A stretch of DNA of 62,440 nucleotides, the filler included, from Sphacelaria rigidula (Eukaryota), in the NCBI GenBank assembly GCA_964200075.2. It is 5 parts of 5 records of this genome, joined end to end, with 100 filler letters (N's around TTAATTAATTAA, not from the genome) between each part and the next. Parts side by side here need not be neighbours in the genome. Positions count along the whole stretch, not along the records: positions 12,511 to 24,919 come from CAXNAA020003806.1; positions 25,020 to 37,428 come from CAXNAA020003807.1; 3 more parts are not named here. One strand, 5' to 3'. This document shows positions 12,870-25,719 of the stretch, one piece after another. The notes beneath the pieces are model-generated. The model made no database searches. It was not told where the DNA came from and saw only the letters and a list, made by a program, of their open reading frames with translations. How positions within the stretch are numbered: position 1 is the stretch's first letter; every line of letters starts with the position of its first letter. The position numbers and the translations under genes were made by a program.

Positions 12870-15800
12870 GCAAGCAACTTCTCCATAGATTGTTGTTGAT
12901 ACTAGTTTGCAGCAGAGAAGATTACAAGACTCGAAGATCGCGGAATAGATCATCATTCATATACTGTAGAATGGGTGTTTCACCGTTGTTGTTCGCACTG
13001 AGTTGAATGCTCTGTTATGTATGGATCACATATACTGCCCGGTCAGTGCACGGATTATCGTGAGTGATGCGATTCTTTCGTACGTTTCACTGTGTAGAAT
13101 GTTCAGATCGTATCCAATCTACCCTATCGTCTCGTGTAGAGTATTCATAGTGTCCCCAATTTACCGAAAATTGTATGTATGTTGTAGATATCACATTCAA
13201 ACTACGCAAAAATTGAGTATTGAGATGGTTCCCGAAATACCAAAAAATAGTGCGGTAGTTTACGCATACCCAAAATCGTTTTGTCTTCTCCGGTGTTTCA
13301 CCTCTCATGCGCTATTGATCTTGATCCAGGAGCATCGCTCTAGTATTGCGCTGGATGCACACGTACTTGGCAAAATTGCAAGATAGCAGGCATCCCTCGC
13401 AGAGTAACAGTTGTAGCTCGGGAGCTCTATCTGACGGATGCAGATATCGTTGCATTTTTGATTGTGTTGCGACACACCCTCATCAATAACCCTCGAAGGA
13501 TCATCATCTTGTGACGATCAATCGCGCAACAGCCATTTGTGATGATTTACTCATTGTATGAGGCAGAATGCCAATGCTGGTGTGCGCCGGGTTGCACAGA
13601 AGCCACGTGATCTTGTCTTAGAGCGCTGTCAAGCGAAACATTGAAGTCCTCGACCGTACGTATTTCGCGATGTATATCTTCAGCAACAGTTTCCGTATGA
13701 TCATGCAGACCATAAACACTTTGATCGTACACTAGCCGTCAACTTTCGAGGATACTATGGTGGAAAATATGTAGGCCGTTAAGGGTAAAATCAGAGGAGC
13801 ATGGAAACTCCACACTTGTAGTCTACTCGTCCGAATGCCCATGTGTTCTGTTCCGAGATTCTGTCCGCTGTCAAGGAACGTTTACCTCAATCTGTCACCC
13901 AACTCCACCCATCTCCATGATTCACACATGTCACAACCCCAACCGAAGGCACGGCAGGCACAGCTAGAATCCTCGAGCAAAGGAGGGTGTAGAGGGTGCC
14001 TCTTGCAAAGGTTGCGCTGCCAAGGCTCGAAAACGGCCCCGAGTAAAAATGCCTTTCGATACACGCGCTATCTCTCAATCGTATTTCGACCCTCCCAACC
14101 CCACCCCCTTCCCCTCCCCCCCTGCGCACAGCCTGCCAGGGCAGCGTCCAATTAGAGGTGGGAATCGTAAAAGGGGTCTGCCGAGGTCCCGCGCAGGATG
14201 GTCGTCTGATACGCAGTAGCGCAGACGCCTCTCCCTGTTTTTCACAGTAGATCTGTAGTTGTAGATGTACTTGCGGGCACGCCGCTTCCAAGCGAATACA
14301 AGAGGCAAAAAGTAAGCTAGACTTCATATCATTATCAGTGGTCCCCCTCTAAACCTGATGGGTGGAGAATGCAGGGGCGGGGGCGGGGGGTGAACGGGCT
14401 ATCGCGGAGTGTGGTAGGGAGTGACGAGATGTGAATATATGATTCCGCCTACCCTAACGAGAAGGTGGTCAACCGGTAACCTTGCTCTGTCAGAGTATGT
14501 TGAAGCATCTCTTGCATCCGTATGCAGTTGTTTTCTATCCGTCCAGTTTGTCTCCTGTTTTTGTGGACATGTGGGTTTACGTTAACGTGTAGTTGAAGCG
14601 GCAATCATTGATTCTGTGTTAACCAGACGTTTCACGGGGGTCTCTCTTCACTCTCTGATTTATTGAATGTTTCGATCAGGTGGGCGCATGGGGTTGCTTC
14701 GACGAGTTTAACCGACTGGAGGAGCGAATCCTATCAGCGGTGTCTCAGCAGATCCTGGCCATACAAAAGGGGCTTCTGGACAGGCAGCCAAAGGTGACCG
14801 TGTTCGATTAAAAAAAACACATGAATGCGTTGGGTAGTGCAAATTATGTAGGTTGTGTTGAGCAGGGTGTACCGCCGGAAACTCAGAAAGTTACAGAGAG
14901 ATATAGCAGGCAGTGCCTAGGTAAATACCCTTCGGGATCAAAGTGGAATGTACGGAACAGGACTCGACCCTGTCGAGCCATATATGGCGATATTCGACAC
15001 ACACTGAGGTAAGGTTTAGTATGTCAACCAAAAATCCCCCACTTCCGGGTATACCCTATCTATACCTATCTCTACCGAACGTAACCTTTCAAATTCCCGT
15101 CTTTCGTTGTCGCTCACATGCTTTCAGAAGTACCCCCACCCACGATACATTTCCCGCTAGCTGTGAGTGCCCTTTCGTGTATTGGACATGCTTCTTGTCG
15201 CAGTTTGCTGGAACCGTTGATATATTTCCTCGAGACCTTCGGCATACGTATACACATGTAAGTACATGGTAATTCGCATTCCGCATCTTGCTGTCGTGCT
15301 GTCCTGGCTTCATCCGTCATTTTTGTTGAAACAGGTGGAGATTCTGGGGCGCAGCGTGCGGCTTCACCCGGATGTGGGCATCTTCGTCACCATGAACCCC
15401 GGATACGCTGGCAGGCAAGACGTTTTTCACCCCTTTTGCGTTGGATGTGTGTCTCGCCCTTGAACACACCTGTTCGATGGCTTCCCTCGATTATGAAGGT
15501 GCACAATCTGTTGAGTGGGATGCGGAAGACCGCGGGTGCGTTTTTTCCGCTCTTAATAGTAGGTTTGTTCAACGCAGTGTTTGCGCAACTATAAATTCCT
15601 TCTTCTTTTTTTCGCATTCAACCGCCAGTCACACCAGCTAGCTCACTGTCCCAGATACGTGGTGACAGCAGCATCTTGTATAGAGCCGTGCACGGGATCA
15701 GTACACACTATTACTCGTAATAGTGTAATGATACTCGTGGTGTTGGCGTCGATAGTGTACCGGTACCTGGGAAAAAGACCGCCAGTACTGCCAGTACTTT

Positions 15801-18800
15801 TCACTTCACGTACTTATCCCTATAGCGCCTCATCAGTCGACACCCGTTCAGTTGCGCTGCACGTGAAGCCGAATCGCATGCTTTGCTCCAGTGCAACCAA
15901 ATCTGGTGAAAAACGTGCCTCTAGCGGGCCTCATGCATTAGCACGATCCAGTATATGCTGGCTGGTTGCGCTAGTACCCAGCCCTGCCGATTGATGATCT
16001 TGTACGCTCGCCATGACCTCTACCCAGGAAAGGGGCTTTGAACTACGCTGATCGAGTAAATGCCTTCTGCTAGTCGCTGGCTATCGGTCGAGATTTGCTG
16101 TTCTCCCGTGGACCTTGCGGTCATGCTGCATTCTTTTATGTCTCCCTATCATGTTCAGGTCTAACTTGCCGGATAACCTGAAGCAGCTGTTCCGCGCAGT
16201 GGCCATGGTGGTCCCCGACCGAAAGCTCATCGCACAGGTGCAGATAACCGTCAGCGTGCTTGAGAAAACACGATTTTTATCGTACAAGTGTAGAAAACCG
16301 TCGTCAGAGAAGGGTAGCTATGTGCTAGAGGGCAGCCGTACGTTGTAGTCGATAGACGCGTATTTGCTCCCGGCGGAACTCTCTGCCTGACATGTGACAA
16401 AGACATCATTGGTGCAACCGGGAGTTTCCTTTTTCTCTGTGAGTCGTTTCCCAGCGCTATTGACTGCGGATGCTAAATGGCACAGTAGAGCCAGACGCAG
16501 GAGGTGTCTCGTCAAGTACCTCACGAGCCATGAAGTGCAAAAACATCTAGTAGTCATTTCCCATTGTGAGGTATAGTTCGGCAGTGCGAACATTCTTGGC
16601 TTGATCTTGATGGAAGATTCCCCTACCGGTAAAATGCTAAGCTTTGCGTAGTGAGTCAGTCAAACGGCTAAACCAGCGATCGGTTAGTGGGGGTTACAAG
16701 TAGGATCGGGTGTTACCATTCCCAGCTAAGGAGCGTGGGGGATAACTACCTCCAGTGATTGAGACTGGGATGGGGACTCCGTTGTAGAGCGGGGGGTGAG
16801 CATGAGGGTTTCGGTCAAAGTGACTTTCAGGAAGCACGCGCCATGTGCAAGCGCGCTAGTTCTCACCCAGCTGTCGCTTGACCCCTCAAGCTATCGTTGC
16901 TCCACATGCGGACACCTGATAATGACGACGCGCTTTACCGTCCACTCGGCGATGCAGGTGATGCTATTCAGCCAGGGCATCTCCACGGCTGAAGAACTGG
17001 CGGGCCGGATCGTTCTGCTGTTCCAGCTGTGCGAGGAACAGCTGTCCTCACAATCACACTACGACTTCGGCCTGAGAGCACTCAAGTCCGTCCTTGTCGG
17101 CGCAGGAGGGTTGAAAAGGGCGGCATTGCTGCAAGCGGCCGCTGCGGGGACGGGCATTGGAGGCGCTACGGGTAGTGGAGAGGGGGAGGTGGCTGGGGGA
17201 TCATTCGAGAACGATCCGACGGTCCTTGGGCCGGTGGAGCGTGATGTGCTCATCAGGTAGTGCTACGCGTCATGGACGGCAAATAAAACCCTTGCATGGA
17301 AACGATTGATTCATTGTACCCGCCGCTTGATACGCTGGTCCTAATTCTCGTCCTGTTTTGTGCCCTCAAGGACGCACTCGGACAACGCCGGTCGCTGACA
17401 TTCCGTTCTATTGTATTCTTGGTGTGATTTGCTTACATATCGGTCCGTAACTGGGTTAGAGTTGTGTACATCCATCGGAATATTCTTTGTCTTGTGTCTG
17501 CGTTCCATTCATCATTTCTGTCCTATTTTGTGTGCAGTATCTGCATGTAACCGGTTGGAGTTTGGGTCCAGGGACGTTGCCTTTTTTTTGGTTGTGGTAT
17601 GTCATGAGTGGATCCATGTTCAAAAAATACAAATAAGTGGAAAGACACGTCGGATGAGGATATAATACCGAGCTCAAAAGCAGCGGTCATCGGAGAGCAT
17701 CGTGTGATACCCAAATCTTGTCTTGTTTTCCTCAAAGTGTGGTGTCTTCTTGTGTATCGCTTCGCAGCCTCTGTTGAGAAGGGGTCATCGAGTATCTGTC
17801 TACGAAAGAGGGCTAAGCTGTGGAGTGCGGATCACATCAGCATTCAAACGTACGCGGTCGACGAGGACGGTATTTCGACGTCTCGGGGCAGCGTGCAGCC
17901 ATTCTTCATCGATCTCTTGTAACGTGCGCTCGTGTTGAATGATCCGGCTGTGTATACTGCTGTTGCATTCATGAAATAACACGATGATGGCATAATCACA
18001 TCGACGCCCACGTCCATTCCAAATTTACTGGTAACTCTCCCACCGGACAGATCGGCATGCAACACCGTGGTACCAAAATTGGTGTCTCAAGACTACGCCC
18101 TGTTCGCCAGCTTGCTTAACGGGGTCTTCCCAGGCTGTGAGGTGTGCTCAGTACGGTACAGTACTACTACCTGTACGCATTGCCTTGTTTTTGTCCCAGT
18201 CCGGTAATGTGTGCTGTATTTGTCGTACTCCAGGATTGAATCGCATATTTATTTGATACACCATGCAGCGGAGTGTGTTTTTCTCTGTTTTTGTTATGGG
18301 ACACTGTGAATGTGACGATGTGATTGGGACTAGTGAGTTATGAAGCAGAACTGCTGTGTGAAGGAGAGCATCATATTTCTGATGTGTGATTTGGATCATG
18401 ACGGTAACATATGATTTTTTTCAAGGTGTCGGTGATGAGCGAGGATAATCTGCGGGCGAAACTCGGTGTCGTTTGCACGGCGAGGCAGCTGATCATGGGA
18501 GAAGCCTGGGTGCAAAAAGTGCTGCAGCTCAAACAGGTTGGTTCTTGTGAATCGCATGTCCACCCTCGTGGCACCCGCAAAAGCAAAGGCATGCGTCGAA
18601 TCGATACCAGCACGAGCACAACTACCTCTACACGTGCTTGCGCAGTTCAAAACCCAGCTAGCGAGCAAGCAGGCATCCATGCCGTTCGTTACGCTGCTAT
18701 ACACACATTTGACAACCGCATCGACGAATTCACGGCCGTGCCAATATACGGATGACCCACGCCATACACGTCGTTTGTGACTAATTTCGTTATAATCATC

Positions 18801-21800
18801 GCCATTTCCCAATGTGGTCGTACCGATCGACTGGTCACACGTCGTCACTGCGATGTTCTTCTTGTGCGGTGTTTATGCCAGTATGCTCGTGGAATATTGT
18901 GTCGCCGTGCGTGACTCAGTGTTCCTTTCCCCTCACGTGTATACCTGCTACGCTCGCAAAATATGCCACTGTGTACCATTGCTGTATAGGAAGGTGCTGT
19001 CAAAATGAACGAAGGCGAATGCCACTCTTCAAGGCCCTTTCGTGGCTCTTATCAAAGTAGATGTGCTCATTTTGAATCACAAATCGCAACACTTTTGGAG
19101 TCTGAGCTTGCCACGAATTAACTTGCACGTAAAATTCGAATCATGCGTTGGATGCTCGATGTGGAAGAATTGTTATTGATTTTTTCTTCCGTTGTTGCGG
19201 GTAGAGATAGATGGCTGAAAGCAAATGTACTTGAGAAACCAGCCCCGAAAACAACGGCCATCGCCTTGTAGTTTTGTTGACGAGTTAATGCGTTCGATCA
19301 CCTGTTTTCGTGGTCTATCAGTTCAATGTGCGACAATCGAATCAATTAATTCCTGACATTTAACTTTCTCACCTTCTTATTTTTTATTTTTTGCGAAACA
19401 ATATTCAAAGGTGCTAGAACTCCGACACGGTGTTATGATGGTGGGGCCCTCGGGAAGCGGCAAGACAAGCGCCTGGCGATGCTTGCTTTCGGCTCTGGAG
19501 AGCTTGGACGGGATCAAGGGAGAGGCTCATGTCATCGATCCCAAATCCATCGGTGCGAGCGTGACATCATGAAACATTTCCACATTCGTCCAGAACAACC
19601 GTCGTGTTGTGCCCCAGCGGTCCGTCACATTGTGACGCTGCTCCTTGAGCTCTTATCTTTGTGACCACGGACTTGACAGCAAACAGTGAAGCACAGTTGC
19701 CTGTAGACCTTTTGTGGAAGGCACGGGATCGTTCGAATTTGGGGCACTTTGTTCCTTCTGTCGAACCACTCAAAACATGTCGAGATTTTGACTGCAAAAT
19801 TCGCGATATTATAATGCTTCGTAATTGTCGCGTGGTTCGCGATCTGGCTGGATCACGTGTGTCGATGGGCCGACGCACTCGCACGTTTTGGTGTTTTGAA
19901 CGTTTCACGCTCAATTAATTACTTCATAGTTAACGCGCCGTACTTTTGTTTGTTCTGGGTAGTGCTGTCGACGTTTCGTTGCTTCATTGTCGACGATCCC
20001 ACTTTGAATGGAGCTATGTTCGTAGGGTCACCGTCCCCTTACCCCCCAAGACTGGCTAGGTCCATCTCTGTCATTGATCGAATAATGAGCATGTTGTCCA
20101 CCTCTTGCCAAACCAGGCAAGGAGGCCTTGTATGGCAGCTTAGACCCCACCACACTGGAGTGGACCGATGGAATTTTCACCAAGGTTTTACGAGAGGTGC
20201 GTTCGTGTCTTTGCGCGTGCCTGCGCTGCTGCGAGCGGCCGATGGTGGGTATACTTGTGACGCCGATCATTACGGAGAAACTGAGCAACCGCTCTCTACT
20301 GCTTCCAGGAACGGAATGAATCTTACCTCATGTGTTGATCCTCGCTAGGCGCGCGTTTCGCGAAACGGATTTTTACCGTTTTTGTCCCAGAAAAATCATG
20401 ACCAACTGTAAGTGCTGACGAAGTTGCAGCGTTTCCCCTCCAGGTTGAACCAATTTCCGACCTGCGTGACTCAATCGTCGTCTAACTGATTTTCAGGCCT
20501 AGATTTTAGCTGTCACAGTTTGTCACAATTTGAATGATCTCGGAAACGTAGTCTGCTTGATCCTCGTGATGGAGTCGCTCGAGTAGCTAGTGGCCGGGTG
20601 GCAATGGTTGTGAGAAGAGGACACGGCACCGCAAAGAACGGAATACTCTGGGGTACTCGCATTATCTACCACCTCTGAGTACCCTAAGTATGCCATTCCC
20701 TCAAAATACTGTACTCGGTCTTGTACTGGGAGCACTCCGTTCGATACTCACTAACGTCCGAGTGCCTCAAGAGCTCACCCACCCAAAATTCTCGATCTAG
20801 TAGTTGGGATTCTATGAATAATTCAGTATCCTCCAGAAACCGCGGTAACGGTAATCCGGAATATGGAAGGCTCTAGGTTGACTGTGGCATTTCCATCTCT
20901 GGGCGATCCTGTCTTGGGCTTACCGTAATTATCCGTTGTGCAGGTTTTGATGAACAAGAGGGGAGAGCGGGCCAGAAGGCACTGGATCGTGTTCGATGGG
21001 GATGTGGACCCCGAGTGGGCGGAGAACCTGAACAGCGTGTTGGACGACAACAAGATCCTCACCCTACCCAGCGGGGAGAGGTTGGAGGTCCCCGGCAACG
21101 TCCGCATTATGCTTGAGGTACACAAGTGTTTCCTCAATTTGATGTTTTGTTTTGGTGTCACTCCTTGGTCACGCAGTATGTGAGTAAGTACACTGCCGTT
21201 ATCTGTTGGGTAGCCTGTTTGTTGGAAGATCCCGGACAGAGTTCGTATTACGCTCGAGGCAAACCACCCGGTTTCACTTCGTTCGCGTTAGATTACCTTT
21301 ATCATCGGAGGTCCCACGTTCCATCCGTACATGATGCTGGACGTACACGACCCTACTTTCTTGCTCCCTCGCAGCCTATACGCATGGAGTGTAACACGCT
21401 ATATGAATACTGACCGAGGAAGACGTGGCATACCGACGATTAGTGGCGACGATTAGTGGCGACGATACACGTAGTGCTGTGACACCAGTAGTTGGATATG
21501 CGCCTTTGTTTTTCACCGGGTGATGTTTTTGCAACACATATTCCAATTGTGTACGCCGCAAATAACGCCGTTCGGCACAGGTGGACAGCCTCCAGTATGC
21601 CACTCTTGCCACGGTTAGCCGGTGCGGCATGGTCTGGTTCTCTGCGGCAGACGAGGATGGAGTAGGCCATGACTACCCCGACGTCAACGGCAACACCGGT
21701 GCCTCAAGCGACGGTGTGCCGCTCAACTCGGGTACTGTGACCAACGACATGCTTCTCAGGCACAAGGCGAGTTAGGAGGGACATCAAAAGTAGCATGTAA

Positions 21801-23209
21801 ACTGTAGAGTAGAGTGTTTCTCCACGGCACAACACCCATTTCTTGGAAGGTCGCAGGTGAAATTTATTGCACTTTTGCACAGACAAACTCATGCGGAGGA
21901 TACCAGCTCCAGTGTGTACTGCGATGAGAGTACTAGCGTGAACGCGACAACCATGAAACCATTCTGCACGCGGTAGTGCTCCGCGTACGGTATTACGTGT
22001 TCCAGGTAGAATACAAAAGGTACAAGGCAATGGCGAGGTGCGTCGTGGTGGAAGAGTATGGTACTTTATGATATAATGCGAAGATGGTGAAAGTACATGG
22101 TACTGTGGCTGGATTATACATCGCGGGAATATTTAGAGCGGGAAAGAACGCGATAAATAATTGGGAAGCGCGGCAATGACTGTGACCTGCAAGCTCGCCC
22201 AATCATCAAACCTTAAGTATTTTTGGGAAGAGAATTCGTACGCTTGCACGGAGCAGATAAGGACCTACCACGTACCTTGACAGTCCTTCGTAAGTAGGGA
22301 ACACCGTTGCGTGGCTTCCTTGTGAGTGTGTAGGGCCGTACTGGACTGCGAGAGAAATCAGAGAATTTTACAAGTGTATGGAATTCATCTTGGTGAAATG
22401 TAGTTGAAAAGGGTAGCCAGTACATGCCTTGCATGTTTCCTCTAAATTCGTTCTCGCACCACGAACAGTCGTGTGCAACCCACACACTACTTGAAAAACC
22501 GTGTCCGGCAGATTGAGTCGCACGTGTTACCCTTACACGGCAGGGTCGAAGATTGTTGGTGTCTTGATCGGAAACTCCGCCTGTTCCGCACCTTCTCTGA
22601 AACGTGACGCATATGCTCTATTCCTCTCAACGTGTTTCTTGTGGTCATTGTTGAAGACGAAAAGTTCACGGATGTATTCCTGGAGAGAAATCCCAACCTC
22701 GTTAGAGCCTAGGGCTCCCAATATGCCGCTCTTGTTGACGGATGTTTACTTGGGGTTCTAACAGCAGAAACAAATAAATGCTTGGGACGTATCTCGAAGA
22801 ACGTGTGTAGAATAGAAAACCAGACAGTGGCAAGACAGTGACTTGATTCGTGGGAAACGTACAGGATGTAAGAAGCGTTGTCACAGTGCCACAATGATGC
22901 GAAACGTCGTTAGCACGGCGGTCGTCTTTGTTGTGGTTAGTTTGTTCATTTGTTTGACCGTCCAACCCCGTATCTTGGCGACGAAAGAACATAGATTTAC
23001 GATGGGCAGAGCGAGTACCGCTACATCTTCTACACGTTTGTTGAACATGCGATTGTTGGTGAACGTCAGTCGTGATCGCACGCGCTACGATATGTCTCAA
23101 ACAACATGGCGACTGTTTAGTGGAGTATGGCTAATGATCATGAGCGAAGGATCAATGGCATGAGACCTTCGAGACGCAAATAGCCAATCACCGTGATAAA
23201 TCATGCCTC

Positions 23210-23244
<35 letters not shown>

Positions 23245-24271
23245 ATTGTTGTTGTTATTGTTATTGTTGTTACTCTTGGCACGTGACACGTGACAGATCA
23301 TGCGGCTGCGGTCGCACCCGGTATCCCTCCTGGAAGGGTCATCGTCTGTTGTCGGAGTCCCGGGTGGGGAGGCCGCCGGCGGAGCCTCGTCAATATCTAC
23401 CGCACAGGTTTGTCCTGATCCGAATACAGTAAATACTTCCGCACGTTACCCTTATGCACGTTGACTCAGGTGTCGGCGTGCTGTAGTGCCGTGATTTCAT
23501 TGTCTCGTCTTTGCGTCATCTACAATTGGATGTTGCGCTATAGAGCTAGAGCCGCACTTGTCCATTAGGTCCGTGTTCTGTATCCATAGCCATTGTGCAC
23601 TCAAAGTTGAGTATGTACCACTAATCAACCCCACCTGTACCGCTGACACTTTCCCTTCGATATACATCGGCCCACAGTTGGACTTTGCTCAAGAGCTAGA
23701 GCCGCACTTCCATGCTCCGAGCACGCACCCGACCAGCTCACAGGCAGCGGCAGCAACAGCCGGCTATGACGACGACGATCGACTCTTCCCCGCTGCTTTG
23801 ACGTTAGCGTTGTCGAGGCCTCACGTTATGGCCAGCACCCGTGAAAGGCTAGTGGAGAGCGTGTTCTCGCTTCTCGAGAGAGGGGTGGCACTGGTATTGG
23901 AGTATAACGAAGGGCATCCGGACTTCCCCATGTCTGCGGTGAGACTGAAGCAGCATGTCTTTTGTGTCTTTTCCAGGTTGCCGTTACTTTTTCTCTACCC
24001 CAACGGTTCGGTCTGTTGTTTATCGACGGACGGACAGTCGAAGGACTACTATTGATATTTGAATCTCATCAATCAAACCGAAACGACGTCATTCCGTGAA
24101 TCATGTCAGGAGAGCATGGGCCGGTTTGCGATCCGCTGGTTGTTGCACTCGTTGGAGTGGGGGCTGGGAGGCAGTATGGATGCGGCTGGGCGGGCAGAAC
24201 TGGGAGAACTGCTGGTGCACCGATCAGGCCTTGCTCCTCCACCCGATGGGGCTGACCTCACCTCGCTTCAG
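12680..24271 (+). CDS. DYNC1H1: Cytoplasmic dynein-1 heavy chain, partial multi-exon gene (AAA1-AAA2 region), 14 exons
   Basis: Exons 12680-12869, 14680-14793, 15335-15414, 16159-16237, 16958-17256, 18051-18141, 18426-18536, 19411-19552, 20117-20196, 20944-21117, 21581-21766, 23297-23407, 23678-23938, 24110-24271 join in phase. Motifs: AAA1 P-loop [46 protein letters not shown]2 [40 protein letters not shown]. The stretch [12 protein letters not shown]...GLCQVGAW matches the cytoplasmic dynein-1 type. Gene is cut by both contig ends. Confidence 0.93.
14680..14793 (+). CDS. DYNC1H1: Dynein heavy chain exon (AAA1 Walker B)
   Basis: [38 protein letters not shown]; ag/gt boundaries. Confidence 0.93.
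15335..15414 (+). CDS. DYNC1H1: Dynein heavy chain exon
   Basis: [26 protein letters not shown](R); GC donor (AG|gcaaga). Confidence 0.92.
16159..16237 (+). CDS. DYNC1H1: Dynein heavy chain exon
   Basis: (R)[26 protein letters not shown]. Confidence 0.92.
16958..17256 (+). CDS. DYNC1H1: Dynein heavy chain exon
   Basis: VMLFSQG...[19 protein letters not shown]...ERDVLI(R). Confidence 0.92.
18051..18141 (+). CDS. DYNC1H1: Dynein heavy chain exon
   Basis: (R)[30 protein letters not shown]. Confidence 0.9.
18426..18536 (+). CDS. DYNC1H1: Dynein heavy chain exon
   Basis: [13 protein letters not shown]...[12 protein letters not shown]. Confidence 0.88.
19411..19552 (+). CDS. DYNC1H1: Dynein heavy chain exon (AAA2 Walker A)
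   Basis: [26 protein letters not shown]...HVIDPKSI. Confidence 0.93.
20117..20196 (+). CDS. DYNC1H1: Dynein heavy chain exon
   Basis: (G)[26 protein letters not shown]. Confidence 0.92.
20944..21117 (+). CDS. DYNC1H1: Dynein heavy chain exon (AAA2 Walker B region)
   Basis: [36 protein letters not shown]. Confidence 0.93.
21581..21766 (+). CDS. DYNC1H1: Dynein heavy chain exon
   Basis: [21 protein letters not shown]...MLLRHK; probable GC donor AAG|gcgagt. Confidence 0.85.
23209..23272. repeat. (TTG)n/(TTA) microsatellite in a dynein intron
   Basis: Direct observation. Confidence 0.95.
23297..23407 (+). CDS. DYNC1H1: Dynein heavy chain exon (poorly conserved linker)
   Basis: gacag|[14 protein letters not shown]...STAQ|gtttgt; phase 0/0 fits neighbouring exons. 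Confidence 0.7.
23678..23938 (+). CDS. DYNC1H1: Dynein heavy chain exon
   Basis: [11 protein letters not shown]...[18 protein letters not shown]...[13 protein letters not shown]. Confidence 0.85.
24110..24271 (+). CDS. DYNC1H1: Dynein heavy chain exon
   Basis: [32 protein letters not shown]...LQ|gtgaag. Confidence 0.85.
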
Positions 24272-24919
24272 GTGAAGAACCCCATTGTTGGCGATCCTTG
24301 CATTTCAGTGTGTGAGGGAATCAACCCTCGTCGCTGATTTGTTTTAGGGGTCTGAAAAGGTATCACCCGCGGTCCTTGCATAGGCGGGTGTCATACACCA
24401 GACACTGACATGGCACAATGGTGTTCTCTCTTTCACAGTGGTTATTGTCTTTGGCTTGTCTTGGGCGTGGTTTTATTTAGTAACGGTGGCAATCGGCTCG
24501 CATTGTTACTCACACAGTAGGCAAGGCTCAATCCACTTGAATGCTGGAGGCTGAGTCCCACCTGAAGGAGGTTCATTTTTTGCTTGCACCACTTAACCCT
24601 TTTGGGACCGGGCCTCCAGAACGACCAGTGAGGCTGGTCAGGAATGACGTGTCTGCCGTCTAAAGGAAACAGTGAAGTGTTGCTGAAAATCCGCGTATGT
24701 AACTGCAGGGTAATGACGAAGACTGAAAGTTTCATCTAGTCTGTTTCCAGGTGCGGGGTGCCCATCAGGCGGTGTACATCTGATGTAGCAAGCAATATGT
24801 GTCGCGGTAGAGAGCTTCCAACAGGATGCGGCAGGCCGCCCGTCACTTGTGGGTTTGGATTATACGTTTGTCCCCATCACCTTGCCACACAGCCCTTTGT
24901 GGTCGGGGCGGGCCGCCAT

Positions 24920-25019
24920 NNNNNNNNNNNNNNNNNNNNNNNNNNNNNNNNNNNNNNNNNNNNTTAATTAATTAANNNNNNNNNNNNNNNNNNNNNNNNN
25001 NNNNNNNNNNNNNNNNNNN
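24920..25019. other. Artificial contig linker
   Basis: Same N/TTAATTAATTAA/N structure. Confidence 0.97.
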
Positions 25020-25278
25020 CCCCCCCAGGTCCTTCACCGCCGAAAAGGGGTCGCGTGGTAAATGGTGAAATGAATAAGACAACAACAAAATTGGCACCCC
25101 CCCCCCCCCCCCACACGTCCTGCCTTTTTGTTCGGGACACAGTTGCCCTTCCCAGTTGGCGAATTGTATTGGTTTTCGTCGCTGTTTCAGTAGCGTGCGA
25201 CGTTGGAACTCGGCACTCGTGGTCGATCACTCTTTTTCCAGTTTTGACCCTGGCAGTTCAACTTTGTCTGCTGTCTAC

Positions 25279-25719
25279 AACACGGGATCTTACAAATTGG
25301 GGATGGATCTTTTATTGGGGATGAGAAACCCGGAGAATGAAAATCTCCGTGTTCTCACCAAATCTTCAAAATACGGTTTCATCTCTTCACCTACTGATAG
25401 CTATTGACAATTGCTATACGCCATTGAAATTTGGATTTAGATCACCGAAATGTCGGGGTCCTAGATGAAAAAACAATTTTGGGGAATTTCGGGTGTCCGA
25501 ACGGACGCCAAAATGGTTCCGAAATTGGTTCTTAGGACCCCGACATTTCAGTGATCGAAATCCAAATTTCTATGGCGTGTAGCAGTTGCCAATAGCTATC
25601 AGTAGGTGAAGAGATTAAACCATATTTTGAAGATTTGATGTGGATACACGAAGATTTTATTTCTCTGGGTTTCTCATTCCCAATAAAAGATCCATCCCCA
25701 ATTTGTAAGATCCCGTGTT
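25279..25719. mobile_element. Foldback/MITE with ~185-bp inverted arms and 4-bp TSD CTAC
   Basis: CTAC|AACACGGGATCTTACAAATTGGGGATGG...CCATCCCCAATTTGTAAGATCCCGTGTT|CTAC; ~70-bp spacer. Confidence 0.88.

Noticed and set aside
23193..23432. Poly-cysteine ORF
   Set aside because: It is a translation of the intronic (TTG)n microsatellite.
12870..24919. Dynein as a truncated pseudogene
   Set aside because: All 14 exons are open and in phase; the truncation coincides with contig ends.
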